A stretch of 64,000 nucleotides of DNA, taken from positions 239,156-303,155 of the forward strand of contig NMRA01000446.1 of NCBI GenBank assembly GCA_002633005.1, written 5' to 3'. The translations under genes were made by a program, and so were the position numbers. The DNA comes from Phoronis australis. Lineage: Eukaryota; Animalia; Phoronida. Below the pieces are notes generated by a model, which saw nothing but the letters and a program-made list of their open reading frames with translations, was not told where the DNA came from and ran no database searches. Within the stretch, counting starts at the first letter, position 1. Every line of letters begins with the position of its first letter. Below, one piece after another: positions 25,890 through 37,800 of this stretch.

Positions 25890-28800
25890 CTGAAAGATAT
25901 AGAGAAACCCTTTTAGTTCAGACAGGGGCTAAATTTCTATGCCAGTAACACAGGGGTGATAGTATGGTTTCGCAATGAAATGAGACATGCTTAACAAAAC
26001 AATCGCGAGAGCTATGTCGCTAACTGCTAGCTACGCTGCATCGCTTAGTTGTATTGCTCTTGGCTTTCACGACCACGCGTTGACATTTGTCGAGTTGGTG
26101 AGGTAGTCATGGTGACAGACATTTTAGTCAATTCAAGCAAACTTCCTTTAGACGTAGGCTTCGGCGCGATTCTTGAAAGCACATTTCGAACAATTTGGAG
26201 AATGAGACGTTGTTTGAAATGCCTTAAAAGTGTTTAAGATCCACGATCCATAACGCTTCATTTCTCTTCTGAAAAGCGTCGTGAACATCCCTACAAATGA
26301 AGTACAGCAACTTAAGAACTCGAACAATTTTCTCAGTGATACTTATTGTAGCTGATAGTTATTACCTTCATCTGGCACATTGCAGCACGGTCGTGTATCG
26401 GACCTATGCTGGTGTCTATGATTGTCACGTGACAGGCAGCCTGACAGTACACGGCTTTGCCAGTGTCACGAGCGAACCTGCACTGCGAAAGATATCATGT
26501 GACGTGGCTTTTCGTTGATTAACAGAACAAAGTAAGTTTGGGACATTCCGACTGATGGAAAAATATAATTCAGACATTTCGGTTGCTTGATGTTCAGAAA
26601 GGCACAAGACGTACTACTGTTCCACGTGGGTTGCTGCTGCAGCCCGAACAAGATTTCACACAATTTCGCGTTTTTTACACACTCAAGGAAACAATTTCTA
26701 ACTCATCGTCTTATAATATATTTACGACAAACGTCCAAATCGTGGCGTGTGCACTTATTCCCACTCGCGTCGATCATCATCCTTTCACAGCGTAAATCTC
26801 CTGTATAGGTGGCGCTGTGACAGAGGTATGCTAGGCAGTTGGAAAGCAGTTTCATGAGAGTTTGGCCAACGAGGCAAAATACATATTTCAACTGAAGTGT
26901 GGATCAAACACATAGTTACCGTACCCTTTATTTTTATCAGTTTAGAAAACCATGCGTATATGTAATAGGCGGCGCACCATAGGGGGCTGGGCGCGGGGGT
27001 GGGGGCTATAGCTCCCCACTTTTTTTCAGTGCTGCGCCGCCCATGTATGAGTATACCGTATGAGCCATAATGCCACTAAAATTGGAGAATTTTCGGAATT
27101 GCACCTTAGCGTGAACGTGTGTTTTTAGAATCAGTTTTTAAAAATGATTTTGAGTGTGTGTGTGATTGTGCTTTAATGCTTGCACGCTAGAATAATGAAC
27201 ATTTGTAAATAATGCGGTACCAAATTAGCGTCATTTGGGAATGTATTTTAATGAAGTTGTCTTGGGTTAAAATTCATTTTGTAAAGATATTGATAAAAAT
27301 GACGCCGAAAGAGGGCGCACATATTTTACTTGTCTGCTAGATGTAAGATTACAATTACATTGATTTTGACCTGAATAATCAAACACAGCTTTTAAGGTTG
27401 AAATCTGAATAGTTAAAGACACAACCAGAAGTCGAACTAACTTACACATTTCACATTTTATATTTTTCGCAACAATGTCCAATCTTTTTTTGCAAATATA
27501 ATTGATAATTTACAAAACGCTGAACGTGCTCATAGGCGGATTTAGGAGGGGAGGGGGAGCCCAGGAGGCCCGCCCCCCCTTGGCTGCCGCAAGCAAAATG
27601 AAACAGCAACAACGTGAAGCGTGAGGAAATATTGAGGCCAGTAAGCACGGATGAGGAAGGGCTCAGACTCAAGGTCGCGGGCCAATCGTGCCCTCGTTTT
27701 TTTCGAACAGGAAGTACACGTCCTTGGCCCCCGTAACTTTCGGCCGCCTGTGCATACATCCACGCTTTGCCCAATTCCTCGGGGCAACATGTTGGACCCC
27801 CCTTTATATTATCCTATACCCGCCACTGGTGCTCTATGTGCTAACTTTGCTGATGTGACGGGTATTACCAAGTTCCGTTGGTGTAGGTTATATCCAAGTA
27901 GTTTAAAGAACAATATTCGTTATCGTCGCAAATTTCATTGAAGAGTCGTCTTCAAGCGTCGACGATAATCTGGACACAGTACCGACATTACCGATTCCTA
28001 AAAAACAAATAATGTGTCTGACTGGTTCCCTGCTTAAATGGTAGATGGCGGGACAACTACCTGTAAAGTCAATAAACCTCGACTCGATTTTGTGAAAAAA
28101 ATTGTCAAAGGTGCGTGGCTTAGTGATCTATGCGAGCTTAAATCTCAGTTCGAGATACCGAACATCTAAATCTCAGACCCTAAATGAATGTTCATTAACC
28201 ATATATTCCGAGCAACTGTATTGACTAACATGAAAGGCTGGTGGAAATATCGAGTCTCTCGTTCAGTAGAGGCTCTGGAAGAAGTACCCTCTGACACAGC
28301 GCCACCTGTACTAAAAAGTGGCCCTATGGAAACATGATGAAAGACATAAGGAATTACGTGTGTGGGCATCAATGCGCATGCTTGGTCGGAAGTTTATCGA
28401 TCACATCACCACCACTTGCACACGCCTTCAATGCACTGTACTCGTTTGGGCTTCGCCACGGGATCGGGATTCTCTTTATTTTGTGGACTTCGATCACTGC
28501 CCGTTTTCATAAATTGCAACTATTCAAGTCAAAGGTGGTCGCCATACTACGTAACGTTATGACACCTCTTTCAAGTTACTTTAACCAATGAGAAGCCATG
28601 ATAAACAACATTCCACAGTGCTACCTTTCGTAGCACTCTGAAAGTGTATGGAAGAAGCTGATGGTGTGTCCCTTACCATAGACAATAGGATCCATGCAAG
28701 AATTAGAAACTGCAAACAAGAACAACCCTGCCTGGATTTTGTTGTCCACTTTCTTGGCACTTTCGCTAGAAAAACAAATTATATTTACATTAGGGACAGT

Positions 28801-31800
28801 GCATTTTGAGGGACTCCTTCGAAAATTGGCGACTAAGAGAACTAAAGGGCAATGATGAAAAAAGGAGTCTATTTATTATTACACAATTTCAAGACAAACT
28901 ATTGGCGCGTGACGTCAAACGATCACCTTTTACCAATAAACCAATATATGTATTGTTCTGTGACCTGACATTGTATTTTAAAGACAGAAATTTACAAAGA
29001 TCGTTAAATTGTGAATTGTTAATAGGCTTTTGAAAAAAAAAAAATCTATGGTCATTGCGCAAGACTATGGTGGAAAGTAGCGTTCGAAGTTTAAATGGTC
29101 TCATCACGAGACTTATTAACTCCGTCCGAAAACATCTCCCGGGAAGGAATCTAGGACTTTGATGTGATATTTGCTTTGTGCGTACATAGTTAAAGAGCCG
29201 TCATGATCTTCCATATTGCAGACAACGTTTGTTGTATACTCACGCAAACGCAAATGACACTGGCATACCTGTCAATCCAAAACCAAATATTGATGACGAA
29301 ATACGGTGTCCAGCAGACGATAAACACAAGAACTGAAAGAAAATGGAAACATGGCAGTGACATCTGCTGCGAAACAAAAGTGAAGAAAAACAAACAAAAC
29401 TGCAGCTTGTTCACGTTGCAGTGTAGAGATGTCGACAAAGAACAGAAAAAACAGTGCACTAAGATCTAATTTCTCTCGTAAGGGAATGGCATCAAGTACA
29501 CGTACCATGCCACCGCACAGCGTGACCACAGCGTGACCACTAGTGTATGACAAACTATTGTGGCACCAAGGCCAGTGTGTTGTCCTTCGGACCCAAAATG
29601 TGATAATGACCGAGTCGAAACTGAATGATTCTGATATTGTACGAATGTGATGTTGGATCACACTCCATACGGCACTAACAAGGAGTTTACTGTAATGGGA
29701 GTTCATTGTCATCGCTAGCGCCGCCAAGTAGCGAATAAGCAACGGTCAAGTACGAAGCGCGGAGATAATGGGGAAGGGCTCCTTTTGTAGCGCAAATTCA
29801 TCCACGAAAACACCAGAACTGTCATTTATACGTTTCCTTAGGATCCAGAAATGTAAGGATTATTTGTTATTCAATAATGTGATAAATTGTCTTTCATTTT
29901 GTGTGTTCTGCTCACGGTTGGAAGACACGTCGATCGCAGTCTCGGTGCCACTGTCGTCTGCAGTGTAGACAACTGCACAGGCTGCCGGCGGATATTCTTA
30001 ACGATGTGATCGTGGGCTTGTTTGGATATTTCCTGTCCATGTATTCCAAATCAAAATGTCAACATGTAACTCACCCGAATGCTTGCAGGGATAATTTTAG
30101 AAAAACATGGGTCGATGTGACCGCTGACACGGCCACAGTCACAGCCACAGGGCCTCAAATTTATCTATGAGTGAAGTTTGAGAATCTGTGGGTCTCTGTG
30201 AAAAAATCGACATAATTTTAATGTGTCAGTTGGCCCAAGTTAAGCAACACCAGTGCGTCAATGAAAATTTCTATGCGTCAATGGTGCGAGTCGCTGCCCT
30301 AAAATGTCCCAGGATCGACATTTGAGCCCTAGTTTCTTTAGTTGACACCAAGACGGATTTGTCTCTACCACAGGCACAACACGACAGGACTACTGTAAAG
30401 TAGTGTAGAGTACCAGTCTTTTATGAGCCTGGTTAGCATGCGCGCACCCAGGGGGAGGGGGAGGGGGGGCTCGGGGGGATCGAAGGAGCCCCCCAATCGG
30501 CGAAGTGGGCAATAAAGCTCCGCCCCCGAGAGACAAACAGTCCGAGAAAATGGGACAAAAGTCCACTAAATAAGCGCAAAGTCGCAATTCACAGAGGTGC
30601 TTCCGTTTTTTTTTTTTGTAGTCCGCCCGCTCTTTTGTTAGCAAATGGTCCACAACGTCGGGAATTCGAGCCCCCCCTATCGAAGGCTGGGTGCGCGCAT
30701 GTTAGTATGAGGTATGTTCCTGAGTCTCTCATTGATTTCTGTTAGGTGCAAGCGCTAGGAGCCGACCTTCTAAATAGAGATGCAATCTACGTGTCCAAGA
30801 ACTGCAAGTTATGCTCTCATCACTTCGAGGAGTCCATGTCCATGAATGCTCGTATGAAGAAAAAGCTGGTATGGAGTGCAGTGCCAACAATATTTGATGC
30901 CCAAATTCACCAAAAATGAAGACGTCAAAAAGTTCGCCAGAAATTACGTATATAACGGCTCTGGAATAGACTTATTTTCATGTCCCTCACAAAGCAAGTA
31001 TTTTACTGGGACATCACGTGTAGAAAGGACAACTGGTCAAAAACTGTTTTTCAAACTTTTACTAAGGTTGATCAGATTGAAGCATTCTATGAAAGGTTAG
31101 CATGTGATTTGGAAAATGTCAAAGCGAAACTGATGGATCTTTCAGAGTCTGAATGAATGGCTGAAATGTTGATCAAACCCAAGCTAAATTATTTGAAACA
31201 AGTCATCAAACAGAAGTTCAATTAAAAATTACAATTTCCATAGAAAAAAGTCCCTATTTTGTCTATTTAGATGTGGAATCTTACCGCTGAAAATGGAAAC
31301 TGGCCATTTTGGCATTTTTACTCCTATTGAGGAGCGTTTGTGTGATTTTTGTACTGTCCCATGCACAGAGGAAGAATGCATTTTTTCTGCTCTGATTTCA
31401 GAACAACGTTATTTGCAGATTGGTCATGTTACTTTATCCCACCTTTGCTGAGCGAAGGATTCAGAATCAGTTTTTTTCTTGATGACAAACATTTCTGTGA
31501 GTGAATTAGTTTTTAGCATTATAGTTTATTATTTATACCTCATTTCCCCCCTGGGAGGGGGTCAACACCCATTTGGCGCCCACCTGGTTTTTACCTATTT
31601 TGCACTCCTTCCATGTACCCCCTTCCTGGCACCTGGAGGCAACTGTCCCGTTACTCCCCAGGAGCAATCGTTAAAATTATGTAGTCCATGAAATATCAAA
31701 TGTAATTAGGAACGGTAATTTGCCTTTAGTTATTAAAAACTCAAACAGGAACCAAAACCATGGCGTTTGAAGGTAGCTTCAAGAGAACGAAAGCAAAAAT

Positions 31801-34800
31801 CTTGCTGTCTATTACACTTTTTAAAGTGTATTAAAATATTGACGAAAACACACCTTTTCATTGTCATTTGCTTATAAGTGAATGTACACTCGGGAACCCA
31901 ATGGTCGTCCGCCCAAACATAAAATCGGCTCGTTGTCGTACTCACCCAATTATTCCATTTCAAAGTTATGATCTGAATAGGATTTGATTTAACTCTCACA
32001 AATATATAGTATTCGTTGATTCAAAAGTTTTTTTTTATTTATGCCGAGTTGTTTCAACTGTGCATTGCCTTTCGGCAACCATTTTATAATGACTCCTATG
32101 GTCGTCATATGCTGCCGCCTTTTGAACGAAAAGAAAATCACTCAGAAAAAGGCCAAGAAAATGGTGGAAAGTGGTTTACAAAAATTCTAGTTCAACCACA
32201 GACTGTGTTACTGGTATGATATTGATTTCTAAATCAATTTAAATTGGTTCAGAATGTTATTTCTGGAAAATAAATCATGATTGTTTTATTCCAGATAGAC
32301 CTTACTTATTTTGTATTTGTGACTTCTTTATTTGACATTGTGCTCTTGTTGTTCTTAACACCACTTATCTCTGCTGTCTTTCTTTTTCTTTTCAGTTTTT
32401 CTTCATTCTCTGTTAACACCTTGTCAGCCAAAAGAGAACTGTATAACGCTTTGAGACTTGGTCGGCGGAAGTTGATCATTGAACCTCGATGTAGTTGTTC
32501 TAATAAATTACCCAATATCATATTGTTTGATTTTTTCTCACATTTAACAGGCTTCTGCAATCATAAATAAATAAATAAATAAATACCCAAGTTGCATTTG
32601 TATTTTATTGCTCAATCTCTTCTTTTATTTTTAATTATGTCAATATTTTGATGACCAATGCGTGTTGCCTTTGTCTGCTGCGTTTTTCTTTTGGCCTAAC
32701 AGGTGTCGCTTAGTGCTTGGGACAAATAGATACATTGCATAGACAATCCCTGGGTTGTTTTTTCTTCCGTCTGAAGAAAATTTAATTTTGAAAATATCTT
32801 CTGAAAATGAACAAAAAAGTGCATTAGTAAAATCTACAAATTTTTAAGTGGTTTCAAAAAACAGTCGGTAAATGCACCGATTTTCGTCTCAGTTCTTCGA
32901 TGCGTGTTACTCCCGAGAGGTTAGTACCTAACGTGCAGACGACCACTCTAGACTGGAAAGCTACGTCCGGCGTGGCTGCGCTGCACGCGAAAGAAGATCG
33001 CGGACGACCATTGGAGCCTGGCGACGATAGTTATCCAGACTATATTTATACGTATTTACCCATTTTTAATCACGTAGTAATTTTATTGCATGTCGAACGT
33101 CATTAAAGTATGAATTTATCAGTGTTTACTTGGTTCATACTCCCACAACTAAATTAGTTTTGCTTATTCGACACCTGGGGTGTTAATTTTTCGACCGATA
33201 ACCATTGGTGCGGATAGCAAGATGGCCGAGTGGGACCTCGTATTGTACTACATACCTTTTTACTAAGATAAGCTACGCTGCTACGGTTTTCCTGTTGTGC
33301 GTTGTTCTACACTACTACGAGATTTATGTGCTGATCGTATTGTAATGAACTTATGGTCGTAGTGAACCGTACCGATAGTGATTGTCATCTTGAGGGTCCT
33401 GATGCGAGCTCGTTCAATGTTTCCCATTCCTGATCGTCGAAGTCGTTCACACGTGCTGCCATTTTGCGATTCGCGAAAGTTCGTTTCTTCTGGAAAGCAA
33501 AAAGAAGTTTTTATTTCAGTCAAGATCACATCTTGAACATACTCTTTCGATTTGTTGTAGCCAAAAACTTCGTAAAATGAATTGTAACGAAAGTCAATTA
33601 GGCAAAGTTTCACCTAAAATCATGATCTTTTAACTTCGTACCAGTTACTTTCGAATGAGCAGAATTTGATGTAGAATTTTTAAAGTACATTTTGTTATTT
33701 CTACAAGGGTGCACCGACAGAACGCCTGTGGTTATCTGCTTTTTGAACCTTGGCAAATCGATATGAAAATAATCAATTGCGAAGCTGTAATTTACAAAAT
33801 GTTTCCATTTTGAATTGATGAGATTCATTTCATGTTTTTGAATGACGAAGACAGGGGTCCCATATTTTGAGACCCAGTTTTCTCCACTAAGTAATTTGCA
33901 TGGAAGTGGTTCTCAAAATCCGGAAACACTGTGAGTGGTTTTTGGCGAGAAGTGCATCTTTAATGAACGTTATGTGATGGACAGGTAAGTACACTATTAA
34001 AGCCATAAGCTTCTTAAAAATATCCTTTTCTATGTTATAACCTTGGTCATGACGTAAACACATGCAAATCGCCCTAATGTATATGAACAATTTCATTAAT
34101 TGCACTCCAGTCTAAAGATGGCAACAACTACCTTATTTTGCAAATTTGAAATCTATTAGCAATTTTAAAGACGCACGAGTACTTTGTTGTCAGAAAACAC
34201 TTCCGGAAAATTCTTTAAACTGCCATTATCATTCCCTGTGTTATAATATGTGCAAATGACGGGCGGTAGTTAGCTCTGTAATTGTGCAGGATGTTAATGA
34301 ACATCATAAAGGCAACACTTAACGCACTTCAAAGAAAACAAGCTAATTAAGATTTTGCCATTTTAGTTGTCATCTGTAAAATATTACTGATAATGTGTGT
34401 GATATGCAAGGGTGAGGAGCACGAGATCACGATGAGGCACGTGCATGAGTTATTTTTTCAAACTGCTCTGGCTCATTCGACACACTAAAATACGTCTATT
34501 GCATACAGAAGGTTTTGCAATTTTGGAAAAAAGGCATTCAAAATTTATTCATTTATTTGTTGTGATATTTAAAATGAGAGTGGCCTCTTCAGTGACAACA
34601 CTGCTTTCCAAGAGGGCCCTCGACAACAAAATACAAAACAGTAATACAATACAATAAAGTAGTAAAACTAGAACTAAATACATGTAACAAAGATACAATT
34701 AAAACAGGTTGAGAAATCAATTTAGATAATAAATAAATGACGAAGGATGGTAAAAATAGGACTAAGAGAGATGAAATAAATAAAGAGATGATACTAAATA

Positions 34801-37800
34801 GTGAGAGTATTTACAATAATGAAAAATGACGTAATTAAGAAAGGTGAAGTGTAAAAAATGGTTAAGAAAATTACAGTCACTTTTTAATATTAAGTTTGAA
34901 AGTATTAATTAAATCAGACCGTTTAATTTCTGGGCTAAGAGAGTTCCATATTGCAGCAGCAGCATAAATAAAATATTTCTCGCCAGTGTCGGTTTTTATT
35001 TTTTTTTAAAGAAACATTACCAGCAACGGAAGAGCGTGTGGAGTATATAGAATGACTGCTATTGAATTTTCGGCTGAGATATGCTGGAGCCAAGCCATTG
35101 ATACATCTGTACATACAACAGGCAGAGATATATTTATTTCTTTGTTTTACTTTCATAAATCCAAGCTTGGAGTACAAGTTGTCGACCCGGGTGTCCCTAG
35201 TTCTAGTACCCAGGACAGCCCCGGCGGCTCTGTTTTGGATTACTTGGACTTTGCTGACAAGTGTGTCACTGGTATGTCCCCAAACCGATAAACAATAATC
35301 AATATGAGGCTGAAAAATAATGTTAAAGTATCCTAAGAGTGCTGACATTAAGAAATTTACCTACCAATTTTCTTTGATAATTTCTTTGTGATGTGATCTA
35401 TGTGCATAAAAAAATTTAAAGATTGGGATCTAAAATAAGGCCCAAGTACTTAAACTTGTCAACACTCTCGATAGGAGAACCGTTGATGGAAAGGGACAGT
35501 TTCTGTTGTTTTAATTTATGGTGGGTTCCCAACAGCATGGACTTGGTTTTACTAACGTTAAGTGTGAGCTTATTTTGAACCAGCCAGTCATGGATAAAAG
35601 CTAGGTAGCTCGTCGTTGAGAGAAGTTTCAAGTTCTTTTACTGATCCAGCTGTGGACATAATTGCAGTGTCATCATCATGGGCGCACCCCAGTCCACAAA
35701 GCCCACAGGAATGCACGATTGGCAGGCCTGAACCTAGTCGCCCCGTTTTTTTTAGTCCTCGTTGATTTTTTTTTCAGTAAAAGGTCCGCGTATCGAAGAA
35801 TTCGAGCCCCCCTATATTTTGGGCTGGGTACGCGCATGATCAGCATATAAAACCGGGATACTGTTGCGGAAGAAGTAAGTAGATCGTTAACAAATATAGT
35901 GAATAATAGAGGGTCCAGAATGGTACCCTGGGGTACGCCCGTGATAATATAGTGAATAATAGAGGGTCCAGAATGGTACCCTGGGGTACGCCCAGTTGTC
36001 CGTGAGAGTGAATAATAGAGGGTCCAGAATGGAACCCTCGGGTACGCCCGTGATAACGGTTGAGTAGTCAGAAAGAATACCACCGTATTTGGTGGCCTGT
36101 TTGCTATTTTACTTTTGTCCGAAACAACATCGTCACCAATTAGTAATTCATTTGCGACAGACTTGGACTTGTTAAGTAAAATTGATTTTATGATTTTCCA
36201 GAGAGTTTTCCCGTTAGATTTGTTTTCATTAATAACTTGGCCTTAGCCCATTTGCGACACTAGTAACCATTGGAAATTGGCATATTTTCCAAATTGCTAC
36301 CGACGATTTACGTTATTAGGCTGATGGTAATTAAGGGAATCTCAACAATTCGTTCTACACGAAACTGTTCGTGGAACAACGTTTCTTGCGAGACGAAATT
36401 CACGAAATCGCGCGAATGAAAAGCGGGGATTTCGCGAGTATGCGCGAGAGCTTTAACTAGCCTATCCTGGCAAAATGGCTACCTTTGAAGTGATACACGA
36501 GTCCACGGTTTCAAGTTATGCATGCACCGTGCGTATGCAATCGCGTGTTGGAAAACTAGATGGAGTATGCAAGCCGAATTTCACACTGTGTTCCATAGGG
36601 ACCCGAAAATAAAAAGACCTAATAGAACAAGTGAATGTCGAAAACAGCGCTTAATAATACGTTTATGCCATCGGTGCGCGAATACTGGCAGACTGTTTAA
36701 AAACCAGGTTATCCGCGAGCTTTTACACCTCTCATTTCATCTTTCCTGGTCAAGCACTTTAAATTCGAAAAGCCACCGGGATTTAAAGTTGTACATTTCT
36801 TGTTGAAATAGGTTTCAGTTCTGCCCTAGTATGTTATTTTTTATCAAGAAGGGTCATTGTATGCTGTCTTCTTCACCAATTACATGCTCAAAAACTGAGG
36901 ACGTTCACAAGGTCATGTTCATTGTGAATGATGAAAAAAAAATTAATTTTATACTGGGGGAAATCTTCAGTTTTCTAGTTCTGTTGATATCCAAGATTAG
37001 CGAATAGTTTTAGAACTTTTAAGAGTCGTACGCGAAGTTGTTTTCCATTTAACCCATTCTACACACTGCTGCGTTTTTGTCATCTTTTGAAATATGTTCC
37101 AGATAGGAAAATTTAGTCCTTTTTGAACACTCAAGTTGACCTATCCAGGCTTCTAAAGCTACATTCTATTGACCCCAACCGGTCAACCACTACTGTAAAA
37201 TAAAGACATTCTCATTAACATAGCAACAAATTAATTAACTCCAATTTTGGGAACAGAGGCATTTTTTCTGTTTTATTCAGAACGTTCTCGTCATCCACAG
37301 TTCCCCACAGGTGATTGTCTCAATGTTCACAGAGAGGCTAGTAGGCTACCGGTGTTTTCATGCCCAAAGTCTACCTGCCTTTACGCTCTTCCACTCCGAT
37401 CAAAATTCATGCGCCCCATGCTCAATATTTTCCATGCCCTCCCCGGCTCGGTTTTAACTGATTCCTTCATAATTTGGATATTATTCCTGTACTGGCATGT
37501 CACTAAGAAATAATGGAATGTTCTAAATTTATGTATGAGAGCGTATCAGAATGGATTACAGCGTTGTGCTAGTGCTTGGGGTGCTAGTTTGTTGACCGAC
37601 AACCATTGCAGCGAATGACAAGATGGCGGAGTGAACACTGCTATTGTACTACACTCCTTGGTTACACTAAGAAGAAATGTATGCTAGAGTTGAAGTACCA
37701 ACCTCGTCGTTCACGCGTTTTCTTGTAAATCTCGCAGACAATTCTCGTATATGAGAGCACGATGATCACCAGGGGAACGCCGTACACGGTTAGTAAGTTG

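Noticed and set aside
28166-28404. Candidate last exon of the receptor right after exon 6
   Set aside because: It has no helix-8-like sequence; the exon at 25889 fits phase, acceptor and family motif much better.
36522-36806. Another THAP-like relic (FHRDPK, RLCHRC)
   Set aside because: The Cys/His spacing and the conserved Trp and AVP motifs cannot be reconstructed.
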